This document shows positions 1-7,341 of a stretch of DNA of 47,341 bases, piece after piece (the first letter of the stretch is position 1; the number at the start of each line of letters is the position of its first letter). The notes beneath the pieces were generated by a model. It had not been told where the DNA came from. It saw nothing but the letters and a program-made list of their open reading frames with translations, and made no database searches. The DNA is from a virus (Duplodnaviria; Caudoviricetes), in the IMG/VR virus record IMGVR_UViG_3300031520_000005, positions 1-47,341 of that record, one strand, 5' to 3'. Made by a program: the position numbers and the translations under genes.

Positions 1-520
1 CGCTTTTGCCTGCCGCGTCCCTCGCGTCTACCGCCAGCACCCGGTACTCGGAGTTAAAGTCCACGCTTTTGTCAAACCGAAACGTCAGCGCGTGCCAGCC
101 AAGCGGCAGGCGGGCGGGCAGAGACAGTCCCACCGTGGCATTGCCGCCGATGCCGCCGAAACTGGCGTCAAAAGCGTCTGCCGTCGTAGTGTTATTGGTG
201 AGCGGCGTCCACGCCCCACCGTCCACTTTCACGCTCCCCTCCTGCTCGTTTTCCAGCCCGTGCAGGCGCAACCAGAGCATTGTTCCCCGCCCGCTCACCC
301 ACACGCGCAGAGATTGCTCGCTTGCCGCCGGGGTTTTGGCCCAAGTGATTTCCAGGGGCAGGGTTTGCGTCAGATTTCGGGCTTGCATAAGATTTCGGGC
401 TTGCATTAGGCGTGCCGGCAGTGGAGCGGCACGGGCCGCGAGGCACAGCGCGATTGTCAAAATGAGGGTCAAAGCGCAGGCAAGCCAGGTGCGGGGCGAG
501 GGTTTGGGGATGTTTTGCAT
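1..520 (-). CDS. N-terminal part of a secreted protein, runs off the left edge; probably the same gene as 46063-47341
   Basis: Not in the ORF track. ATG at 520 opens MQNIPKPSPRTWLACALTLILTIALCLAARAAPLP (signal-peptide-like)...LPLEITW...LWLRLHGLE...FGGIGG...LTFRFD...YRVLAVD, with no stop before position 1. Confidence 0.75.
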   Translation of the reverse strand, partial: MQNIPKPSPRTWLACALTLILTIALCLAARAAPLPARLMQARNLMQARNLTQTLPLEITWAKTPAASEQSLRVWVSGRGTMLWLRLHGLENEQEGSVKVDGGAWTPLTNNTTTADAFDASFGGIGGNATVGLSLPARLPLGWHALTFRFDKSVDFNSEYRVLAVDARDAAGKS

Positions 521-656
521 GGGGGTTCCTAGGGCGAAAAAATAGTTTGGAAAAGGGCAGAAAATAGTTTGCGAAAGAGTGTTTTATGCGTTAAATAATG
601 TACGTTATGAGGTATATTATCAGTATAAGAGAGCAGAGAGAAAAGGACATACCGAA

Positions 657-983
657 ATGACCGCCGCATTGAAAACCATCGCCGCACAAATTGAAACCCT
701 GAAAGCTGATTACTCTGACGAGTACACGTGGGGTGTGCGTTGGGATGATGCCGGCTTGCCGGTCGGTCATGTCTTTAGCGAGTCTCGTGTGTGGGCCGAT
801 GACCAGCCCACCGGTGAGTATCTAAATGGTACAAGCGTGATTGCCGCCAGTGGACTTCGGCATATCAAGGCTGGCAATCATTACATGGGCGTCCCTTACA
901 TCGTTTGCGGCATTGAAACCGGGTACGGCGAAGATGCAGGCGAAGTTATCTTGACCGAGTGCGAAATTATGGCGGCCGCTTAG
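657..983 (+). CDS. Small acidic hypothetical protein (early/accessory operon)
   Basis: ORF 579..983; ATG 657 follows an AAAGGA RBS; AT-rich promoter region at 560-620. Confidence 0.75.
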   Translation: MTAALKTIAAQIETLKADYSDEYTWGVRWDDAGLPVGHVFSESRVWADDQPTGEYLNGTSVIAASGLRHIKAGNHYMGVPYIVCGIETGYGEDAGEVILTECEIMAAA

Positions 984-1016
984 CTAAGTCCATCTCAGCA
1001 AAAGGAGACAACGACC

Positions 1017-1313
1017 ATAACGACTACCGAGACAACCCAAGATTTTGCTTTTGAGACCACCCGCCCTGTCACCGCTGAGGACATGACCCGCTTTGACGTG
1101 GTGGGCGAAAGCACAGACGGCTATGAGATGGACATCTACTGCCTCGTGAGCGAGGGCGGCTATCGCGAGACCAACAATACAGGCATCCAAGTACTGTACC
1201 AGGCCGAAGCAGGACGGGCAGGTGTCATCTGGAGCGGCTCCGACCTCTGGACAGACTGCACCAGCAGCGAGGATGCCGGGCGCCGGTATTTGGCAGGCGA
1301 AATGGTTAACTGA
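1017..1313 (+). CDS. Small acidic hypothetical protein (ATA start at 1017 or ATG at 1083)
   Basis: AAGGAG RBS at 1002-1007 precedes an in-frame ATA at 1017; the frame stays open into track ORF 1083..1313. Confidence 0.65.
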   Translation: MTTTETTQDFAFETTRPVTAEDMTRFDVVGESTDGYEMDIYCLVSEGGYRETNNTGIQVLYQAEAGRAGVIWSGSDLWTDCTSSEDAGRRYLAGEMVN

Positions 1314-1687
1314 TGGACGAAACAACCACGAAGATATGTCGGGGGTGTCAACAGGCACTCCCGCTCCAAGAATATTGGAGAGACCGCAGCCGCCCGGATG
1401 GTTTGGGCAGGCTTTGCATCTCATGTGAGCGCAAACGTGTGCCGCGTAGCGGTCTCCCACCAGGTGCAAAGCCGCACCAAAGAAACTGTGACAACTGCCT
1501 CAATCTCTTTTACAGCCAACTCAGCAGACACAAAGAGCGCAGCCAAAAGCACTTTTTCTGCGGTCGCGACTGCTACGAAGAGTTCCGCCACAAAAAGCTA
1601 GAGCAGCACGATATTAACATGACGCCAAAACCCGCAGAGATGGGCATGATCGTCGTCCTGGAAAACAAAGAGTTAAAAAACGTCTGA
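1313..1687 (+). CDS. Cys-rich zinc-finger protein
   Basis: CxxC pairs CRGC...CISC and CDNC...FFCGRDC; start overlaps the upstream stop. Confidence 0.65.
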   Translation: MDETTTKICRGCQQALPLQEYWRDRSRPDGLGRLCISCERKRVPRSGLPPGAKPHQRNCDNCLNLFYSQLSRHKERSQKHFFCGRDCYEEFRHKKLEQHDINMTPKPAEMGMIVVLENKELKNV

Positions 1688-1700
1688 TGAAAACTGAATA

Positions 1701-1877
1701 ATGATTACCACTCAGCAAGCCGCCGACAAGCTCGGTCTTTCTCTGCGGCGTGTGCAGGCCCTAATCACAGCAGGCAGGCTCCCGGCCTCTAAAGTGGGCC
1801 GGGACTGGCTCATTCGCCCCCAAGATTTGGCCGGGTTGGTTATTCACCCGCACGGCAGGCCCAGGAAAACAAAATAA
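1701..1877 (+). CDS. Excisionase/MerR-like helix-turn-helix DNA-binding protein (58 aa)
   Basis: Below the track cutoff. MITTQQAADKLGLSLRRVQALITAGRLPASKVGRDWLIRPQDL...GRPRKTK is a typical HTH_17 pattern with a GRPRK tail. Confidence 0.85.
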   Translation: MITTQQAADKLGLSLRRVQALITAGRLPASKVGRDWLIRPQDLAGLVIHPHGRPRKTK

Positions 1878-1896
1878 AAAGAACTGCTGTAGGTAT

Positions 1897-1929
1897 GCCC
1901 CCGCTCTGCAAAGAGCGGGGGCTTTATTT
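1897..1929 (+). terminator. Rho-independent terminator
   Basis: GCCCCCGCTCT-GCAA-AGAGCGGGGGC stem followed by TTTATTT, between convergent genes. Confidence 0.85.
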
Positions 1930-1943
1930 CGCGCGAAATGTTG

Positions 1944-2486
1944 TCACGCAATCTGCACATTGCGTTTTAGCGCGTAAACGTCCGTGCAAATGCGCACCAA
2001 GACGCTGGTGTGAGGTGAGCGTGCCGACGGCCCCACGCCGCCATGCGATTCAAACGTGAATCCGCCGTAAACCGCCCATATGTGCCCGATGCCCTCGCCA
2101 CGGCTTCCTGTGCGGCAGAAGCACAGGTACAACACGTCCGGCTCTAAGCCTGCCGTGTAGTCCTGCCCCTGCGCAATAGGGTGGTGCTTAAAACCCTGCG
2201 CCTGTGCCCAGTCATCCTGGCACATGGAGCCGTCCGGCATCAGCGCCTGCCCCGCCGTCGCGTGGTACATGGCCCAGCGCGCAAAACCGGAGCAGTCAAT
2301 CTGCCGGAAAGCGGGCGGGTAATCAAAAGTCGGGAAGCCCTGACGCTGAGGCGCTTTGGCCCCCAGCCGGTACGTCACGCCGTCATGCTCGCAGACAGCG
2401 AGGGCGTCGTGCAGCTTGCCGATGTCAATGTCAAGCGTGGGAAATCCCGGGATTGTAGAGGCGTCTCCGGTGAGTAGGTTGGTCAT
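1944..2486 (-). CDS. NlpC/P60-family peptidoglycan endopeptidase (putative endolysin)
   Basis: YRLGAK...IDCSGF...GHIW...ESHG Cys/His motifs; last gene of the late operon. Confidence 0.75.
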   Translation of the reverse strand: MTNLLTGDASTIPGFPTLDIDIGKLHDALAVCEHDGVTYRLGAKAPQRQGFPTFDYPPAFRQIDCSGFARWAMYHATAGQALMPDGSMCQDDWAQAQGFKHHPIAQGQDYTAGLEPDVLYLCFCRTGSRGEGIGHIWAVYGGFTFESHGGVGPSARSPHTSVLVRICTDVYALKRNVQIA

Positions 2487-2536
2487 AATGTTTTGCTTTC
2501 TTGCTGTCAAGCACGGAAGGGTTTTACGGAAGGGTT

Positions 2537-3520
2537 TTAGTGAGTAAAGAGGGTGTTTTCGGCTTCAATTCGCGCGCGGGCAATGTTGACATAAGTTGCG
2601 TCTTTCTCCATGCCAAGGAAGTTTAGCCGCAAGCGCGCCGCCGCCACGCCTGTTGTGCCGCTGCCCGCGAATGGGTCAAAAACCGTGCCACCGGGCCGTA
2701 CGGATGCCCGCAGCATGTGCTCTAGGAGCGCGGTTGGTTTTTCGCATGGGTGCTTGCCTGCCCGGTACTGCACGGTGTCAAACGTCCATACGTCGGTCAT
2801 GCCCGCCGAACAGGTGAGCCGGAACGGACGGCGCAAATGCTCATACTCACGGCGCAAATGCTCATACTCACGGCGGAGGCACTCGTAATCACGACGCAGA
2901 ATGCCGGGCGGTGCGACGGCTTGCAAGGCGCGGTAGTGCGCCTCTGTCGGCAAAGCCCATTGTGAGCGGGCCGTATAATGCCGCCCTGCCATGCTTGCCG
3001 TGCCGCAAATGCGGTTTAGGTCGTCGGCTTTCCATCCCGCCCGGTTAAATTCTTGCTTTAGCCACAGCCGCAAGGGTTCGTACGCGTCCCCGCGCAAGCC
3101 GTCTTCCGTCAAGGCAAAGTCGCCCGCCTGTCCGTGCTGTTCGGCAAAGACGACGCGCTCAGTTTGGGGGTGGTAACGGCGCGAGCGTTCGGGGCACTGC
3201 CGCTTGTGCGTGCCCGCTACCTTCACCCACACAATCTCATTCAAAACGTGAAAATGCTCGCCGACTTTCATTTGCACACGCGCCGCCATTTGCGGGGACG
3301 CGAACAAATACAAAGAGCCGTTTGGTTTCAAGAGACGCGCGAACTCGGCAAGGCACAGCCCCAGCCAGTCTAGGTACTCGCCTGCTGTTCCCCACTGCCT
3401 ATCCCAAGCTTCAGAAAGTTTTAGTCTGTAGTAAGGCGGGTCGGTAGCAATACAATCTATGCTTGCGTCAGGCAAAGCCTGCATGAGTTCCAGGCAGTCG
3501 CCGTGTCTCAGGTCAATCAT
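2537..3520 (-). CDS. Site-specific DNA methyltransferase (N6-A/N4-C, beta class)
   Basis: GDCLELM...TDPPY...HPCEKP...DPFAGSGTT; RREYEHL repeats; likely ATG at 3520. Confidence 0.92.
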   Translation of the reverse strand: MIDLRHGDCLELMQALPDASIDCIATDPPYYRLKLSEAWDRQWGTAGEYLDWLGLCLAEFARLLKPNGSLYLFASPQMAARVQMKVGEHFHVLNEIVWVKVAGTHKRQCPERSRRYHPQTERVVFAEQHGQAGDFALTEDGLRGDAYEPLRLWLKQEFNRAGWKADDLNRICGTASMAGRHYTARSQWALPTEAHYRALQAVAPPGILRRDYECLRREYEHLRREYEHLRRPFRLTCSAGMTDVWTFDTVQYRAGKHPCEKPTALLEHMLRASVRPGGTVFDPFAGSGTTGVAAARLRLNFLGMEKDATYVNIARARIEAENTLFTH

Positions 3521-3741
3521 GCATTCTCCCTCAGTCGCCCTTCGGCAATGGCTAGGTTTATTAGCATCCCGGCCCCGTACTCGCTTGCCCGCTCGCGCAG
3601 TGCGGCCAAAGCCGCCTCGCGCGTCCGGCCCCACCCCACCAGGCGGAAGTCAGTGTCACAGGGCCGGTACAGCGAAACGCAGTGCGGGCCGCGCGCGGCG
3701 GCAGGCAGATGCACGTAGTCTAGTGTCCAATCAGTCATCAT
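3517..3741 (-). CDS. Hypothetical protein
   Basis: MMTDWTLDY... ORF with an ATGA overlap into the methyltransferase. Confidence 0.55.
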   Translation of the reverse strand: MMTDWTLDYVHLPAAARGPHCVSLYRPCDTDFRLVGWGRTREAALAALRERASEYGAGMLINLAIAEGRLRENA

Positions 3742-3751
3742 AATTCTGATT

Positions 3752-4450
3752 TCATGGGGTTGTTTCTGCGGAGGTATCGCCTGCCCCCGTGCCTGTGATG
3801 CGCGCCATGACGCCTTGTAGCAGGCTCGGCTTGCTGTCCTGCGCCTCTGTGAGGGCAGGCTCCGTCTTGGCGGCCTCGCTGATGGCCTTGTGCCCATCTG
3901 CAATGTCCTGCGCGCTCATGCGCAACTGCGTCATGCTCAAATTGAGCGGCGTGCTGGCAATCTCGGCTTTAAGTGCCTCGGCATGGGCGGTGAGACTGTT
4001 TTTGGCGGCGGCAAGCTGGCTGTTCCAAACCGGCGACAGGTCAGGGAAAGGCGCGGCGTTGGGCCAGAGCGCATGCACAAGTTGGATTGTGGCGGCGGCG
4101 TCCGAGACAGCCTTCGGGGGCAGAGCATTCACAGCGGACTCCGCCCCGGCTTCGGCGGCGCTGCGGGCCGCCTGCGCCACTTGCTGCGCGTCGGCAGCCT
4201 GGGCCTCCTGCGCGGTCGTGTCCGGACCGCCGTTGATGACGCCTGTGCCCGTGCCCGATTTATCCGTTTTCAGCGAGCGCGAAAGCATAGTCACGCCCAG
4301 CCCGAATACCGTGAGGGCTTGCGTGAGCCAGTGGATGCCGGGGAAGGCACTGATGATGGCGGGGGCATTGTTGGCAATCTGCGCCGCCAAAACGACGGCC
4401 CCCGCAAGCGCCGAATGTTTTTGCGAGGGCGTGAGGGTGAGTTTCTTCAA
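3752..4450 (-). CDS. Holin-like membrane protein with two N-terminal TM segments and a long Ala-rich tail
   Basis: Two hydrophobic stretches in the first 60 aa; lies in the lysis block. Confidence 0.55.
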   Translation of the reverse strand: MKKLTLTPSQKHSALAGAVVLAAQIANNAPAIISAFPGIHWLTQALTVFGLGVTMLSRSLKTDKSGTGTGVINGGPDTTAQEAQAADAQQVAQAARSAAEAGAESAVNALPPKAVSDAAATIQLVHALWPNAAPFPDLSPVWNSQLAAAKNSLTAHAEALKAEIASTPLNLSMTQLRMSAQDIADGHKAISEAAKTEPALTEAQDSKPSLLQGVMARITGTGAGDTSAETTP

Positions 4451-4530
4451 TTATCTAGCCTTTCAAGCTTTGGGCGGCGGCGATGAGCGCTACCACCTGC
4501 GCGTACACGGCATTGCCTTTGGCCGCGTGT

Positions 4531-4833
4531 CTAATCTTCGTCCCACAGAGGAATGGCGTAAAACTCCGACCGTCCCTGGCAGCCGGGACAGCCGTCCGGC
4601 TTGTCGCTGAGATACTGCACCACGCCGTCCCGCACAAAAAAGTGGTGCCCGATGCGGCTGCCTGCCGAGCCTTCGTTGATGGACGGCGAGAACGTGGGCT
4701 TTACGAAATCGCCGCTGAACTGCCAGCGTCCATCGCGAGGCACATACACGGTGTGGCCGGGGTGCCCGCTCATCACCCAGCCATGTTCTGTTTCGCATAC
4801 GCGGTCTCCCTGTGCAGGCGTATGTGTCGACAT
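4531..4833 (-). CDS. DUF6527-like small protein
   Basis: W-x-F-x-GD-x-x-KPTFSPSI...HHFFVRDGVVQYLSD motif; GGGGGA RBS before ATG 4833. Confidence 0.65.
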   Translation of the reverse strand: MSTHTPAQGDRVCETEHGWVMSGHPGHTVYVPRDGRWQFSGDFVKPTFSPSINEGSAGSRIGHHFFVRDGVVQYLSDKPDGCPGCQGRSEFYAIPLWDED

Positions 4834-4888
4834 AATTCCCCCCTGTTGTTGTTGTGTTGGGTTGCTTGTGTTTTGTTTGGTTGCAGGG

Positions 4889-5218
4889 TCAGTCGGAGAC
4901 AACAACGTCAAACAGGTCTACAAATTGGGTGATCATCAGCACGCGCAGGACGAGTGATCCATCCCGCACGAGCAGGCGCAAGTCGCCCCCGCCACGCTGC
5001 CGCTTGTAGCGCACCAGCTTGACTATCGCTGCGCTGTCCATAAACGCTACGTCTCTCATGTCAATCGTGACAACGCTGTCCGAGGGCGCCAGTGCGTCAA
5101 TCGCCGTCCCGAACACATCCGCGTTGTGCAGGTCGATCTCGCCCGCACACACGAGGTCAGCCGGGCCAACCTGGTTGAATGCCGCGAGTGTAAACATCGT
5201 GCCGTTATGGGATGCCAT
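4889..5218 (-). CDS. STAS-domain anti-sigma-factor antagonist (SpoIIAA/RsbV-like)
   Basis: GEIDLHNA...IDMRDVAFMDSAAI...VLRVLMITQF matches the STAS signature, including the phospho-Ser context FMDS. Confidence 0.85.
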   Translation of the reverse strand: MASHNGTMFTLAAFNQVGPADLVCAGEIDLHNADVFGTAIDALAPSDSVVTIDMRDVAFMDSAAIVKLVRYKRQRGGGDLRLLVRDGSLVLRVLMITQFVDLFDVVVSD

Positions 5219-5753
5219 TGAGCCTCTCTTTCACGCGGTGGTTCTCCGCTTCGAGTTCGGCTACTCGCTGCTCTAGCGCCGTTATCTTTTGTTTGTCTAG
5301 TTCCCGCTGCTTGTCGTGCGCTGTCTGCAAATCGCTGATACGCCGCTCGTAATTCGCCCGTTCATGGTCAAAATCTTGCACTGTCCGCTCCATGGCCGAA
5401 ACAGAATTAATCAAAACGTCTCGCTCTACCGACCCTGTGTCAATCTGTTTTTGCAATTCCGTGCGCTCTTCCTCGTGCCGTGCCCTATCCGTCTCGCGCT
5501 CGGCCCGCAGTTCGTCGCGTAGCTCGCGCGCCGCCGCTCTGTCCTCCTGCCGGTCTGCCGCCGCTGACCGGGATTGCTTTTCTTCGAGTTCGCGGGCTAT
5601 CTTTTGCGTCTCGGTTGCCAGGCTTTGCGCCAGCTCCCTGGCCTTGAGGTCATTCGTTTTTTGCCCGTTGCGGCCCGCCCAGTAGTTCGCAAGCATGCCG
5701 CCGAACAACCCCGAACACACCGTTGCTAGCCCGTAAATCTCTGGTGTGTTCAT
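5205..5753 (-). CDS. Membrane-anchored coiled-coil protein (holin-like)
   Basis: One N-terminal TM helix followed by a long charged coiled coil; first gene of the lysis block. Confidence 0.6.
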   Translation of the reverse strand: MNTPEIYGLATVCSGLFGGMLANYWAGRNGQKTNDLKARELAQSLATETQKIARELEEKQSRSAAADRQEDRAAARELRDELRAERETDRARHEEERTELQKQIDTGSVERDVLINSVSAMERTVQDFDHERANYERRISDLQTAHDKQRELDKQKITALEQRVAELEAENHRVKERLNGIP

Positions 5754-5807
5754 TTGCTTTCCGAACGGCATGAAGGTTCTAGGCGCATCGTTTGTATCCT
5801 TTCGTCC

Positions 5808-5885
5808 CTAGAGCTATCGTAGGCAAAGCAAAACTAGAGCTATCGTAGGCAAAGCAAAACTAGAGCTATCGTAGGCAAAGCAAAA
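5808..5885. repeat. Tandem repeat, 3 x 26 bp (CTAGAGCTATCGTAGGCAAAGCAAAA)
   Basis: Three exact intergenic copies with no spacers. Confidence 0.95.
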
Positions 5886-5911
5886 GCCGCCCGGCTCTTT
5901 GCCGGCGGCTT
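5884..5911 (-). terminator. Probable terminator
   Basis: AAGCCGCCCGGC/GCCGGCGGCTT stem (one bulge) followed by a T-run on the minus strand, downstream of 5939..6547. Confidence 0.6.
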
Positions 5912-5938
5912 GATTGATGCTTAAGTTTCCCCGGCCGC

Positions 5939-6547
5939 TTAGAACATAGCCGGGCATCCGGGGCAGGGAACGGGCGGCTCCCGTGCCGTGATGACAAATC
6001 GGTTGCTGGGACCGCTTTCCGCTCCTGCGTACACTGCTGTCACATAGGCACTGTTGGGCAGGCCGGTAGCGACGGTGGTGTCTAAAAACTGAAGCGTAGT
6101 AATGCCTGCCTGCCGAAGCGTTTCAGCGCCGGGAGAGCGGCCTACATACAGGTTGTAGCTGTCTGGGGTAAGGCTCCCTGAAAGTTGCCAGGCCCAGTTG
6201 ATAGCGGGCGGAACGGACTGTGCTTGGCCCGTCATGCTGCGCGGGACAGGCAACTCTACGCAAAAGAAAGTGCCATAACTATGGGTATTGTCCCCAGGCA
6301 CGTTGCGGTGCGCGGAGTATAAACCTTTCAAGACCCGTGGTGGCACCGTCACAGTGATTTGCGTCAGGTCGGTGGAGAGGGCGACGGCCCACCCGCTTGG
6401 GTGGAGGCTCTCCGCAACGACTTGCCCTTGACCCCCGCCGTCAGGATGCAGAAACACAACCCAGTCAACGTTGATTGCCGCGGAACCCGCGCCGTCCGAG
6501 ACAGCAGGGAGGGTAAATGTCGTGCCAGGATTGACGGTGGTTGCCAT
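5939..6547 (-). CDS. Fibronectin-III-like virion-associated protein
   Basis: C-terminal W...SYNLY...FLDT...YVTAVY..ESGPSN Fn3 pattern; follows the tail genes. Confidence 0.6.
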   Translation of the reverse strand: MATTVNPGTTFTLPAVSDGAGSAAINVDWVVFLHPDGGGQGQVVAESLHPSGWAVALSTDLTQITVTVPPRVLKGLYSAHRNVPGDNTHSYGTFFCVELPVPRSMTGQAQSVPPAINWAWQLSGSLTPDSYNLYVGRSPGAETLRQAGITTLQFLDTTVATGLPNSAYVTAVYAGAESGPSNRFVITAREPPVPCPGCPAMF

Positions 6548-6569
6548 AAAAGCGCTCTTCTGATATACT
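6541..6569 (+). promoter_or_regulatory. Sigma70-type promoter for a leaderless methyltransferase mRNA
   Basis: TTGCCA-N17-TATACT with extended TGn; ATG 6576 follows after 6 nt with no SD. Confidence 0.7.
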
Positions 6570-6575
6570 AAAAAT

Positions 6576-7331
6576 ATGAAACTCAGACAAACAGGGTTAG
6601 GGCACTTGTTGCCGCGTCCACTTCGGCGGGTTATTGATGCCCGGCGCAGGGCCGCGAGTTTAGACCTCTATGAAGTGCGGGCACAATTGGCAGCCCGCTA
6701 CCTGCGCGGGGCAGGCCTGGAAATCGGCGGCCTCAATGCGCCTCTCCGTGTCCCGCCCGGCGTGCGGGTCGTCCAAGTTGACCAGAAAACCACGGCAGAG
6801 CTGCGTGCCGAGTACCCCGAGCTGTCAGAAACGCCTTTGGCGCAGGTGGACGTGATCGACGATGGGCAGACGCTCCAAACCTTCGCCGGTGCGTCTCAGG
6901 ACTTTATCATCGCAAACCATATGCTGGAGCACTGCGAAGACCCGATCGGCACCCTCAAGCAGCACCTGCGCGTGCTGCGGCCCGGCGGCATCCTGTTCCT
7001 GGCCGTACCGGACAAGCGGTATACCTTCGACCGCGACAGGCCGGTCACGACGCTGGAGCATCATCTGCGCGACCACGCCGAAGGCCCCGCCTGGTCACGG
7101 CGGCAGCACTACGAAGAGTTTTTCCGAGTGGCTCGGCATCTGGAAGGCGACGAACTCCGCGAAACCGTGGAACGCCGCCTCACAACGCCCGGCGACCATA
7201 TCCATTTTAATGTTTGGACACAGCGCGAGTGGCTGGCCCTGCTGCTGTGTGTCGCATCCTATGTGCCGTTTGACATCAAGGCAATGATCAAGAACGGCAT
7301 TGAGATTGTTACCGTGCTTCGCAAAGGCTGA
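6576..7331 (+). CDS. Class I SAM-dependent methyltransferase (Methyltransf_11-like), moron
   Basis: GLEIGG...DFIIANHMLEH...VLRPGGILFLAVPD; on the opposite strand within the tail module. Confidence 0.85.
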   Translation: MKLRQTGLGHLLPRPLRRVIDARRRAASLDLYEVRAQLAARYLRGAGLEIGGLNAPLRVPPGVRVVQVDQKTTAELRAEYPELSETPLAQVDVIDDGQTLQTFAGASQDFIIANHMLEHCEDPIGTLKQHLRVLRPGGILFLAVPDKRYTFDRDRPVTTLEHHLRDHAEGPAWSRRQHYEEFFRVARHLEGDELRETVERRLTTPGDHIHFNVWTQREWLALLLCVASYVPFDIKAMIKNGIEIVTVLRKG

Positions 7332-7341
7332 TGTCAGGCTA

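Noticed and set aside
588-615. GCGTTAAATAA-TGTACG-TTATGAGGTAT as a second dif site
   Set aside because: Outer arm positions match the XerD consensus poorly; it overlaps a promoter and is better explained as an operator.
1701-1877. HTH gene as a true excisionase implying integration
   Set aside because: No integrase or att-like repeat nearby; more likely a regulator.
5808-5885. 3 x 26-bp repeat as a CRISPR array
   Set aside because: Copies are contiguous with no spacers.
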